The notes beneath the pieces were generated by a model. It worked only from the letters and a program-made list of their open reading frames with translations. It did not search any database and was not told the DNA's origin. A DNA stretch of 64,000 nt from an uncultured Alphaproteobacteria bacterium (GTDB lineage Bacteria; Pseudomonadota; Alphaproteobacteria; RF32; CAG-239). The translations under genes were made by a program, and so were the position numbers. The stretch is from NCBI GenBank assembly GCA_944392275.1, contig CALXWA010000002.1:60664-124663 (forward strand), given 5' to 3'. Positions 17,726 through 26,735 of the stretch are shown in pieces. How positions within the stretch are numbered: the first letter of the stretch is position 1; each line of letters begins with the position of its first letter.

Positions 17726-18988
17726 ATGCCTAAATTATCTAAAAGTTTCATAAATCAAATTAAAGACCTTACCTATAAAGATAAAACCTTTACTGATGAC
17801 GAAATTAAAAAATTAGCTATTCGCATCCAAGGAAATAAAAAATCTTGGATATTGACCTACAGAATGAACGGGAAACAAGAAAAAATAACTTTAGGCTCAA
17901 TATTTGAACGAACTCCTGATGATATAAGGGCTGAAGCTATTGAATTACTCGATATGATAAATAAAGGCATTAACCCTAAAGACCAGTGCAATAAAGCCCT
18001 CAATATTTTAACTGTATCCGAATTATGCGACCTATATATGGCTGAGGGTGTAGCTCACAAGAAAGCTTCCACACTAGCAATAGATAACGGCAGAATAACG
18101 CATCATATAAAACCCATTATCGGAAATATTCGCCTTTCTGAGCTCAATACTGGGGATATAGAAAGAATGATGATAAAAATCATGAATGGGGACGTTAAAT
18201 CAGCACAAGAACAGTGTAAGAAAAGAGGAAGAAGTCGTGTTACTGGCGGACACGAAGCTGCCAATAGAACAGTTCAGTTACTTAGTGCTATTTTGAATTT
18301 TGCAAGGAATAGAGAGCTCCTAGACAAGAATCCGGCTAAATTTGTAAAAAGACCTAAAACGCAAGCAAAAGAAACTTTCTTAACTCCTCAAGATATAAAA
18401 CTATTAGGAGCTACTCTTAAACACCCCTTTTATTGTGATAAAAAAGAAGCCATTAATGCAATCAAGCTTTTATTGTTAACTGGATGCAGAAAAAATGAAA
18501 TTTTGTCTTTGCGCTGGGATTTTATTGATTTTGACAATCAATGTTTTCGTTTTCCAGACACCAAGACCGGAAAACAAAATAGAGTATTTGGAACAGCAGC
18601 ACTAAAACTCTTAAAAGAACTTCAATCTAAAAACCCGTCACCATGGGTATTTCCGGCAACAAAAGGCTCTGGACATTATATTGGGCTTCCCAAAATCTTT
18701 AATAGAATCTGCTCTTCCAAACTGGAGGATGATTTTGCTGATAACGCAACTACTTTTTATAAACCAGATATAACCCTTCATTCTTTAAGACATACATTTG
18801 CCAGCATATCAAATTTACTTGGTTACAACGACTTTACCATAGCTGGAATGCTTGGGCACCACATCAGAAGCACTACTGCTCGCTATAGTCACAATGTTGA
18901 CAGTGCTCTTATCTCAGCAGCAAATCAAGTATCTGAATATATTAATAACCTCTTGGAAGGATATGACAATGAACTCATCTCAAAATAA
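17726..18988 (+). CDS. int: Tyrosine recombinase/integrase with N-terminal arm-binding domain
   Basis: LLTGCRKNE (R), DTKTG (K), LHSLRHTFAS (HxxR), MLGH, TARYSH (Y); N-terminal KSWILTYR..GKQEKITLG. Confidence 0.95.
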   Translation: MPKLSKSFINQIKDLTYKDKTFTDDEIKKLAIRIQGNKKSWILTYRMNGKQEKITLGSIFERTPDDIRAEAIELLDMINKGINPKDQCNKALNILTVSELCDLYMAEGVAHKKASTLAIDNGRITHHIKPIIGNIRLSELNTGDIERMMIKIMNGDVKSAQEQCKKRGRSRVTGGHEAANRTVQLLSAILNFARNRELLDKNPAKFVKRPKTQAKETFLTPQDIKLLGATLKHPFYCDKKEAINAIKLLLLTGCRKNEILSLRWDFIDFDNQCFRFPDTKTGKQNRVFGTAALKLLKELQSKNPSPWVFPATKGSGHYIGLPKIFNRICSSKLEDDFADNATTFYKPDITLHSLRHTFASISNLLGYNDFTIAGMLGHHIRSTTARYSHNVDSALISAANQVSEYINNLLEGYDNELISK

Positions 18989-19505
18989 AAAGTGCTATGT
19001 TAGAAAAAGAGAAAACAGTTTTGAGGATGTAACGCGCCACAAAATTTCAAGGCCCGGCTTTATAAAAACGCCAGAAGAAAATATGCAAAAATATCTTTCA
19101 GAAGTAGCTGCTGCTGAAAAAGCTCTATATAACCACTACAATCTTGAATATAATAAACTGCTGAATGGACACAAATTAGCCATATGCTTAGCAAAAGAAT
19201 TTATTCCCAGTTTTTTAGCTGAAGACTATACTCTTGGTAGGCCCAAAGAAATAGATGAGTTAGACCAGTTAGCATTATGTATATGTGTTCGTATTGTTCA
19301 ACTGGAGCATGATGGAGAAAAAATATCTATAGAAAATATTTTAACTGAAGTAAAAAAACGCTGGAATTACTCATCTTCTGTATCGTCTCTTCGCTCTCGA
19401 TATTATGAATACATGAAAAGCAAAACTTGCACTATACTGTTTGATAGAATCAAAGATCACAAGCAAATTATGCTTGATATATTAGAAGATATTTTGAATA
19501 GGTAA
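18963..19505 (+). CDS. Hypothetical element protein overlapping the integrase 3' end
   Basis: GGAAGG RBS before ATG 18963/18969; GRPKE plus a C-terminal SLRSRYYEY helix hints at DNA binding. Confidence 0.55.
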   Translation: MTMNSSQNKKCYVRKRENSFEDVTRHKISRPGFIKTPEENMQKYLSEVAAAEKALYNHYNLEYNKLLNGHKLAICLAKEFIPSFLAEDYTLGRPKEIDELDQLALCICVRIVQLEHDGEKISIENILTEVKKRWNYSSSVSSLRSRYYEYMKSKTCTILFDRIKDHKQIMLDILEDILNR

Positions 19506-19597
19506 TTTTGTACAAAAAAGATTATTCTTTTAATGTACAAAATTAGGACATCTAATCTCCTTAAAACAAATTAAAGTAAAAAATTAAGGAGAAAATC

Positions 19598-19822
19598 ATG
19601 GATACCAAATATTTTACACGCAAAGAAGCTGCGGAATACTTATCAAACACTTTAGGCTTACCTACTAGTCCTAAAACTTTGGCAAAATTAGCAACCATTG
19701 GCGGCGGCCCAGAATACCAGCGCTTTGGGAATAGACGTGTTGTCTATAAACTAACATCTATCACAAAATGGGCTCAAGCAAAACTCTCCAAGCCTATTTT
19801 TAACACCTCTCAAGAACTTTAA
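19598..19822 (+). CDS. Excisionase/AlpA-like winged-HTH protein
   Basis: YFTRKEAAEYL...SPKTLAKLATIGGGPEYQRFGNRRVVY; AAGGAG RBS. Confidence 0.85.
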   Translation: MDTKYFTRKEAAEYLSNTLGLPTSPKTLAKLATIGGGPEYQRFGNRRVVYKLTSITKWAQAKLSKPIFNTSQEL

Positions 19823-19902
19823 TCCAATCACCAACAAAATTGATTTCTCGCTCTTCTATCTTTTGATTGAGGATATGGTTGACATACTTTTTAGGTAACG
19901 AT

Positions 19903-20541
19903 ATGGCAAAAAAGAAAAAAAATTATACTGATTGGAGAGAGCTTGAAGACCAAGCAGACAAAGTGGTTGCAAGTATTCTTAGCCGAACAAAAATAGCATC
20001 ATCTTCAGTTGAGTTAAAAAATTATATTTATTATAAATTACCTCGTTGGAGAGATTTAGCTCAATGGCTAAAACTTTCTATACTGTTCCGTTGCGTTTTG
20101 AACACTCAAGAGTATTCAGCTTTCACTTTAAGGTTTTCCCGAGCTAAGATAGAAAAAGCTTTAAAAACCTCTAAAAACACTCTTTCAGACTATCTGAGAA
20201 GACGAATCTCGCAATCTATGAAAAACAAGCTTGGATTTGTTCCTGAATATCTGTTTGGAATACATCTTGACAGCTCTACAAGTTTTCATATTCACGGAAT
20301 TATCAAGATTGAACATAATGAAAAAGCTATAAGAGAAGCTCTGAAATTAGCTGCCTTTGGAGTTAATTACCAAAAACAGAAGATACACCGCAGTATTTTA
20401 TGTTTCAGAGAGTTATTTTCATCAGTAGGCTGGCTTCGATACATATTTAAGTATAAAAACTTTGATGAGGCCATTTATCAAAGCAGGACCTTATCTCAAC
20501 GAACTCAACGTTTTTATGAGAGTATTCGCAATAAATTATAA
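19903..20541 (+). CDS. Putative HUH endonuclease (rolling-circle Rep-like)
   Basis: Motifs in RCR order: AFTL (I), FHIHGII (II, HUH), WLRYIFKY (III, YxxK); start at MAKKKK inferred. Confidence 0.65.
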   Translation: MAKKKKNYTDWRELEDQADKVVASILSRTKIASSSVELKNYIYYKLPRWRDLAQWLKLSILFRCVLNTQEYSAFTLRFSRAKIEKALKTSKNTLSDYLRRRISQSMKNKLGFVPEYLFGIHLDSSTSFHIHGIIKIEHNEKAIREALKLAAFGVNYQKQKIHRSILCFRELFSSVGWLRYIFKYKNFDEAIYQSRTLSQRTQRFYESIRNKL

Positions 20542-20544
20542 AAA

Positions 20545-20585
20545 CAAAAGAGCTTGGACCGCCAAGAGTCAAAAGCTCTTTTGTT
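20545..20585. terminator. Bidirectional terminator-like hairpin between convergent element genes
   Basis: ACAAAAGAGCTT ... AAGCTCTTTTGT inverted repeat. Confidence 0.65.
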
Positions 20586-20597
20586 AAATATTATTTA

Positions 20598-20894
20598 TCA
20601 TTTTTCACATTTATAAGCTGTTGCTGAGACAATATTCATTACAAATGTATCTTTATTTATTTTTAGAAAATCAGCTTTAAGATTTTTTGCATTTTCTTGC
20701 AGGTACATAACTTTTTCATAAACAGTTCCCCCGGCAGGAATAATAAAGGCTATTTCTTTAGCTTTACATTGTGGCATTTGGTCATAATACATTGGAACAC
20801 TCCATTCATCTGAAATTTTTGTTCCTAAGGGCACGACTATTGCTGATGCGCAAGCACTTAATAAAAATGGAATCAAACAAAAAAGTTTTTTCAT
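20598..20894 (-). CDS. Small lipoprotein
   Basis: MKKLFCLIPFLLSAC lipobox; GAGGTGAGTATG start context. Confidence 0.7.
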   Translation of the reverse strand: MKKLFCLIPFLLSACASAIVVPLGTKISDEWSVPMYYDQMPQCKAKEIAFIIPAGGTVYEKVMYLQENAKNLKADFLKINKDTFVMNIVSATAYKCEK

Positions 20895-20906
20895 ACTCAC
20901 CTCACA

Positions 20907-21263
20907 TTAATTTATACAATCAATATCTTCGATATAAGCCCAACGATTGACTTTTTCACTATTAACTTGAGAGAATCTTGATACGAGCACATCTCCATTT
21001 TTCATACAAAATAAAGCCATTCTTTGTTCATCTGAAGACCAGCATTTATTATTATTCCAAATAGAACGTCCATATTGGAATTTACATGACGCTTTTTTAT
21101 AATTTTTTACCTGCTCAGCCATTTTATCTATTCGTAATTGGTTATATGCTCCCCAAATAAAAGTAACAATAAATAATGCTTGATATGGAGAAAGCCATCT
21201 TAAATGAACAAACAGTAATGAAACAATTATAATGGCAAGAAAACTATACCTCTTTACAGACAT
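20907..21263 (-). CDS. Hypothetical protein with two N-terminal TM helices
   Basis: GGGGAGGTGAGTATG RBS and start; hydrophobic N-terminus. Confidence 0.6.
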   Translation of the reverse strand: MSVKRYSFLAIIIVSLLFVHLRWLSPYQALFIVTFIWGAYNQLRIDKMAEQVKNYKKASCKFQYGRSIWNNNKCWSSDEQRMALFCMKNGDVLVSRFSQVNSEKVNRWAYIEDIDCIN

Positions 21264-21806
21264 ACTCACCTCCCCTTTGTTATACACAAAAAAAGCCGCC
21301 CTGATGAAGTGGCGACTGGAAGTTGGTAACTACAATAAGATAGTGCGACATATTAACTGGATACAGCTTATTTTGCCGCCTTCCAGTCATAAGACTTTCA
21401 GGCATGCAAAATTTCGTCTTTACACAGACGCTTATTGAGAGGTTACCACACCCCAAAACAATCATCATTTGTTTCGTTATAAGAGTAACTATAACTATAT
21501 TATTATGCAAGCTATTTTTAGATAAAATGAAAAGATAAGTCGAGCTATAAAAAGAGGGGATACTTTGATATTATTTTTGACTCTTTGGTTTACTTTTCAT
21601 ATTATTTGTTTAATTTTATTAATCAATATCAACAATGAGTTGTGGCTAGTTAATAAAGATGAAGAAAATATATTCTTTGTGCCTAAAAAGGTTAGTTGGA
21701 GTAGAATTACAGCTATTACCTCATACCGAAAATCGGAATAAAGACATGCTTGAGAAATCCAGCCTCCTGCAAACAGAAATCAAAGAAAAACTTAAAGAGA
21801 TATAAT

Positions 21807-22937
21807 ATGTTAGACGATGATTTTTACAGTATTAGAAACCTATATGAAAAAATAAATATTCTTCTTCCTTATTGTTCTGAAGATACTATTAAAAGGGTAT
21901 TGGATTTTAAATTTTATTTACAGACAGAAGCTAAAAACAGAGACAATGCATTTGCTCGAGAAATAGATAAATATAACGACATAGAGCATAGCATATTATA
22001 TACTCTAACAACAAAAGAAAGAACTACTGTATTGAGAAAGCTTAAAAATATAGATAGAAGAAATGAGCTTAAAAATATTTCAACAGAAGGACCAAATTTA
22101 GAGGTATTGGCTAATAAAGTAAATAATTTAGAAAGAACAATACTTCCCCTTATAGAGCGTCCTAAGTTATACGAAGCTAGAGCCGAAGAAAAGATAAAAG
22201 TAGCAGAGTCCAAAATTGAACAAATGAGTAGAGAAATAGACAAATTACTTGGTGTTGTAGGGAAGAATTATGGAGTTGCAGAACAAATTCAAATAATTAA
22301 TAAAAATAGCGAAGATATTGAAAAAATTAAGCAACAAGCCCAGGCTGCACTAAATAAAATAATTACAGTTTCAATAGCTGAACACTACCAAGAAGCCAAA
22401 GCTGAGTATACTTTAAATTTATCTAAGGTAAAATACAGTAATAATAAAAATAAATTTATTAAATATTCTTATAATGCAACTGTTTGGTTATTAAATATAT
22501 TTAAAAGAATTTTTCAAAAAGATGTTTTATTATACGCAGGCTTTATTATTTCATTATTTTTACTTGCTATATCATACCTTATATTAATAGCTTTAGAATC
22601 TACATCTTACAGAGATATAGCATTAACAATACCTTTAATTTGGTTAACTTGGTTTTTCCAACGAAAAATTAATACAAGGGAAAAGCTATATGAAATTTAT
22701 AATCACAAACAAAAAGTCATGGAAACATATATTGCATTTATGAATAGCGAATACAGTATCAAGTCCAATAATGATTTTGAAGAAGTGATTTTAAATACAA
22801 TAAAAAAAGACCCTAGTGATTGTATTGGCAAAGACAATACGACCATTATCGAAGCTGTTTTAGATAAATTGAGGGGCTTATTCATTACGGCAAAAGCAAA
22901 GAGAATAATTAAAGATGAAATTGATTTAGATAAATAA
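21807..22937 (+). CDS. Hypothetical coiled-coil membrane protein (element cargo)
   Basis: Long AT-rich ORF with heptad-rich middle and 2-3 TM helices near the C-terminus; start uncertain (21750 or 21807). Confidence 0.65.
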   Translation: MLDDDFYSIRNLYEKINILLPYCSEDTIKRVLDFKFYLQTEAKNRDNAFAREIDKYNDIEHSILYTLTTKERTTVLRKLKNIDRRNELKNISTEGPNLEVLANKVNNLERTILPLIERPKLYEARAEEKIKVAESKIEQMSREIDKLLGVVGKNYGVAEQIQIINKNSEDIEKIKQQAQAALNKIITVSIAEHYQEAKAEYTLNLSKVKYSNNKNKFIKYSYNATVWLLNIFKRIFQKDVLLYAGFIISLFLLAISYLILIALESTSYRDIALTIPLIWLTWFFQRKINTREKLYEIYNHKQKVMETYIAFMNSEYSIKSNNDFEEVILNTIKKDPSDCIGKDNTTIIEAVLDKLRGLFITAKAKRIIKDEIDLDK

Positions 22938-23018
22938 GGAAGGAAATAGCCTCTTATGTTTAAATAAAAAAAATAAGTCGAACCACAAAAAACAAAAAAT
23001 GAATTAATTTCATTTTTG

Positions 23019-23624
23019 TTAACATTTATCACGAATTTTTTGAATTATTTGTACTAATTTATCTTTTTCCTTTACTACGCTATCATGTAGCATTTGAGCG
23101 GATTTCTTGAAATTTTCTTGATTCTGCGAAGTTTGTTTTATGTTTTGAAGTAGATGTGAAAATTTAGGATATATGTTCTCTTCAATATCTTCATTAAATG
23201 TTTTTTTATGTGAACTTTTAAAGTGTTGGTCCACATTTCCTAATTTACTAGCTATCATACTAAATACGGAGGTTGCAATTTCTTGAATATGTTCTACCTT
23301 TTGAGTTATTTTATCCAATCCTTCATTAATTGTCATTTTTTGAAGAATATCTATATTAACAATAACTTCATCCATTTTCTCTAATTGGTTTACTAGAGAG
23401 CTTACATAAATCATATAGCCAAAATCTTTATTCCGTTTTTGATATTTTTCATAAAATCCATACAAACTTAATAAAGCGGCATACCAAGCAATCCAATCTA
23501 TATTGTTTATACAATTAATATAAGCTTCCGGTAAAGATAAAAGGCTTGCCAGGACAGGAACACATGCGGCTAATACTAAAAGCAAGAACAGAAAAAACAA
23601 CTTTATCATCTTGCGCATTTCCAA
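23019..23624 (-). CDS. Hypothetical membrane protein (two N-terminal TM helices plus helical domain)
   Basis: Overlaps the STAS-like gene, consistent with translational coupling. Confidence 0.65.
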   Translation of the reverse strand: MEMRKMIKLFFLFLLLVLAACVPVLASLLSLPEAYINCINNIDWIAWYAALLSLYGFYEKYQKRNKDFGYMIYVSSLVNQLEKMDEVIVNIDILQKMTINEGLDKITQKVEHIQEIATSVFSMIASKLGNVDQHFKSSHKKTFNEDIEENIYPKFSHLLQNIKQTSQNQENFKKSAQMLHDSVVKEKDKLVQIIQKIRDKC

Positions 23625-23914
23625 TCTTCTACACCAGATAAAATTTGTTTTTGTATAATTTCTCTTGTACTTTTAAAATGGTACTTGCGAAAAAAACCAT
23701 CCTCACCTAGCGTATCTAAACTTTTAGAAAACAACCCCAAAAAAAATGATGGTGTAAATGTTACTATATAATCAGGAATAATGACATCTATACTGTCTGA
23801 GTTTTTATCAAGTTCATCCAACTTAAATTTTTCCCTAGCATCAGCTCCCTTAACCTTACTTCCGAGAACTGTGGTCCTTTCCTGTGTTAATATCTCTAAA
23901 TTAATTACAGTCAT
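23606..23914 (-). CDS. STAS-like (DUF4325-type) protein
   Basis: VLGSKVKGADARE...IDVIIPDYIVTFTPSFFLGLF...LGEDGF pattern; directly follows a GHKL gene. Confidence 0.7.
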   Translation of the reverse strand: MTVINLEILTQERTTVLGSKVKGADAREKFKLDELDKNSDSIDVIIPDYIVTFTPSFFLGLFSKSLDTLGEDGFFRKYHFKSTREIIQKQILSGVEDWKCAR

Positions 23915-25292
23915 TGTTTTTTACCTTTTTTTGTAAAGATTCTGCATCTAGCATGAATCTTGTTGTTATTATAGTTCCTGGAAATGCTTTATGCAATAAG
24001 TAAGCGTATTTTTTGTCTGGTTCAATTGTTCTATCTTGTTTTAAATTAAACCATTGATAGTTTTTATTATTGCTTAATTTTACTGCATTTCCATATTTAT
24101 CAGAAAACTTAATACAAACATTTCCTGAAATTATAGCTATCTGAGGTTTATCTTCCGAGATGCTGGTATCTCCTATTTCATTAATAAATTTTACCATCCT
24201 TAACATACCTATTCCACCTCTGCTATCTTTGTAGTTCTCTCTAGTAGAACCATCTTGCAAAGCATAAACCGTAGCCAATATGTTTGATGATATATTCTTG
24301 TGCATTTTAATATATGCGTCTAATTCTTGTTTTACAGAATCATTGGTTGTCGATAAAATAGATTCATAAATTGGCATACCTGTATTTATAAAGGAAAGGC
24401 TACAAAAGTATTTTCCATCCCTATATTCCATAAATGAAGTCATATACCAATTTCCTTCTTCTCCTTTTACACTATGTCTTTGAGCATTTTCTAAAATTTC
24501 AATAGTAAAGGATGTGACGTTCACACACCCTTCATCACTTAGCGCCATTGGAGGGTCTAGCTGTATAAGCCATTCATTTATCTTTTCTACTAATCGTGTT
24601 GCACTTACGTCTAACGTTGTTACATTTTGATTTTCAACTAATGTTCTTCTAGGTTTCATAATTGGAGGCAAGGCTATCACATTCCTATCATCCGCATTAG
24701 GTAGCCTCATATCCATGAATTTATCTAAATCTAAACCTTTTATAACATTAGAAACTCTATTGCTAATTTTCCCTCCTCGAATATACGGATACATATCTTT
24801 CTTTACAATTCCCCATAATAAATATGGAGCAATATCATATATTCTATCATCAACAAAATCAGCAAAGGCTTCTAATATTTTAGGTTCATATTCTGCAAAT
24901 TTATAGAACATATCTAGTGTTTCATTAGGATAATCAATAAAAGAAAAGTGCTGTATCGTGATACGATTTTGCAGTTTTTTCCTTTTATATCCTTTTTTCC
25001 ATTCCTTTCCCCTTTGTGAATTAAAGAAATCTAGAATTTCAGATGGTTTAGCCTCATCATACAATCTAGCCATCTGAGACCTCAACAAAGGAATATGCTC
25101 TATTCTTTTATTTGGATATTTTTTTAGTATTAATTTTCTATCAACAGAATGAATTTTATTTTTATGGAGATGTCTTCTATTTCTTTTTTTTATGTTCTCT
25201 CTTATATTTGCAAATTCTTCACTACTTAATTGTGCTAATTGTGTGTGTGATAATTTAGATAATTTAGGAGGAAAAGATATTATATCAGTCAT
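23901..25292 (-). CDS. GHKL/HATPase-fold ATP-binding protein
   Basis: N box EILENAQRHS, G1-like INTGMPI, G2 STRE..SRGGIGM, C-terminal FPGTII; no obvious HisKA or sensor domain. Confidence 0.72.
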   Translation of the reverse strand: MTDIISFPPKLSKLSHTQLAQLSSEEFANIRENIKKRNRRHLHKNKIHSVDRKLILKKYPNKRIEHIPLLRSQMARLYDEAKPSEILDFFNSQRGKEWKKGYKRKKLQNRITIQHFSFIDYPNETLDMFYKFAEYEPKILEAFADFVDDRIYDIAPYLLWGIVKKDMYPYIRGGKISNRVSNVIKGLDLDKFMDMRLPNADDRNVIALPPIMKPRRTLVENQNVTTLDVSATRLVEKINEWLIQLDPPMALSDEGCVNVTSFTIEILENAQRHSVKGEEGNWYMTSFMEYRDGKYFCSLSFINTGMPIYESILSTTNDSVKQELDAYIKMHKNISSNILATVYALQDGSTRENYKDSRGGIGMLRMVKFINEIGDTSISEDKPQIAIISGNVCIKFSDKYGNAVKLSNNKNYQWFNLKQDRTIEPDKKYAYLLHKAFPGTIITTRFMLDAESLQKKVKNNDCN

Positions 25293-25353
25293 AGCATTCT
25301 CAGTTTTTATTATACTATACGATAAAAATTTATTTATTCAATAAGTAAATTCT

Positions 25354-25373
25354 GTTACCTATGTGTTACCTAA
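25354..25373. promoter_or_regulatory. Putative integrase arm-type site, right
   Basis: GTTACCTAtgtGTTACCTAA, matching 17697-17716. Confidence 0.75.
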
Positions 25374-25377
25374 AACA

Positions 25378-25412
25378 AAAGGCTTTCTGGGTATAAAACC
25401 CTGAAAGCCTTG
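25378..25412 (-). terminator. Element-supplied terminator after the reconstituted tRNA-Val
   Basis: AAGGCTTTC-tGGGT..ACCCt-GAAAGCCTT hairpin with an A run on the left (U tail on the minus strand). Confidence 0.7.
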
Positions 25413-25419
25413 ATTTTAT

Positions 25420-25495
25420 TGGTGGGTGTGGCTGGGATCGAACCAGCGACCCCTACGATGTCAACGTAGTGCTCATACCACTGAGCTACACACCC
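25420..25495 (-). tRNA. tRNA-Val(GAC), integration target
   Basis: Reverse complement GGGTGTGTAGCTCAGTGGTATGAGCACTACGTTGACATCGTAGGGGTCGCTGGTTCGATCCCAGCCACACCCACCA folds as a cloverleaf with GAC anticodon. Confidence 0.95.
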
Positions 25496-25621
25496 GCGAT
25501 GGTGTTTTTAATACACTAAAAGATTTTAGAAATCAAGTGCTTTGTTTTTCATTTTTGGAAAAATTAGCGAATATTTAAGTTTTATCCTTTATCCTTAAAG
25601 CTCTAACAGAAAGAGGATACC

Positions 25622-26509
25622 GTGACGGATAAACATATTGATTTTAAAGTCGACTATCAAAAGCTAAAAATCTTTGAGGAATTTAACACTCAGGAAATGC
25701 TTTATCCGATTGTTTTATCTTCCCCTCATAGCGGGAATGTGTTTCCGGATGAATTTTTAGCCAATACCTCTCTTGATGTTAATGAACTTCGCTCTTCCGA
25801 AGATTGCTTTGTCACAGATTTAATCAAAAAAGCTTCTGATGCCGGAATCCCTTTACTGAGCATGAATATTGCCCGTACTTTTGTTGACGTTAATCGTGAC
25901 AAAATAGAGATTGATGAATCGATGTACTTTAACGCTCCCGAGAATCCTAACAATTCCGGATCCAGAAGATGTCGGGTTGGCCTTGGCGTTATTCATCGCA
26001 TTGTATCGCAAAACAAAAACATTTATGATGGAAAAATTTCTTATAAAGAAGCTATGGAACGAATCAAAAACGTTTATGACCCCTACCATAAACGTTTAAA
26101 GCAATTAGTGGATAAATGTTACCGGAAATTTGGTTTTTGTCTGCTGTTGGATTGTCACTCCATGCCATCTGTTATTTGCAAAATCATGAATGAAGAAAAA
26201 CCTCTTGATTTTTGTTTATGCACCCTTTTTGATGAAAGTTGTCCGACACAAATGTCTGAATACCTTAGCGATGAGCTGAAAGAACGAGGATATCGTGTCG
26301 AATTTAATCGTCCGTATGCCGGAGCTTATATTACCTTTAATTATTGCCAACCGCGAAAAAACATTCATACGTTGCAATTAGAGATTAACAGAAGCCTGTA
26401 TATGGATGAGAATGTATATAAGAAAAATGATAATTTTCAATCTATTAGTACAGATATTTCTGAATCAATTCAAGGACTTGGAAAATTTTTACTGGATTTA
26501 AAAAAATAA
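25622..26509 (+). CDS. N-formylglutamate amidohydrolase family protein
   Basis: SSPHSG, RSSED, R.FVDVNR, PYH, LDCHSMPS, NRPYAG, LQLEINR.LY. Confidence 0.9.
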   Translation: MTDKHIDFKVDYQKLKIFEEFNTQEMLYPIVLSSPHSGNVFPDEFLANTSLDVNELRSSEDCFVTDLIKKASDAGIPLLSMNIARTFVDVNRDKIEIDESMYFNAPENPNNSGSRRCRVGLGVIHRIVSQNKNIYDGKISYKEAMERIKNVYDPYHKRLKQLVDKCYRKFGFCLLLDCHSMPSVICKIMNEEKPLDFCLCTLFDESCPTQMSEYLSDELKERGYRVEFNRPYAGAYITFNYCQPRKNIHTLQLEINRSLYMDENVYKKNDNFQSISTDISESIQGLGKFLLDLKK

Positions 26510-26735
26510 TTGTGTTATAACCCCTCTTGTTTTTGCGGCTGAAGCTCATATTTTATTTTGCGGAGGCCTGTTATTTTTAAGATTATAAGTAGGGGACGGC
26601 TAACTGTTTAGTTAGTTCTTTTTTTGTTAACCAACCTCAAAATTAATTTGTTTTTTTATTTAGCCTTTAAGCAAGTTGAAATTGGCACAAATGTTGCATG
26701 AGGGATTCTTGTGGCTGTTTTGAGGGAATAGAGGG

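Larger units (their letters stand above)
17410..25495. mobile_element. About 8-kb integrative element inserted in tRNA-Val(GAC)
   Basis: tRNA 3'-half direct repeats at both ends, tyrosine integrase beside the left att, excisionase and HUH Rep-like genes, paired arm-type repeats, visibly more AT-rich than the flanks. Confidence 0.92.

Noticed and set aside
17410-25495. Calling the island a prophage
   Set aside because: No structural, packaging or lysis genes; the GH24 lysozyme lies more than 4 kb outside the att sites.
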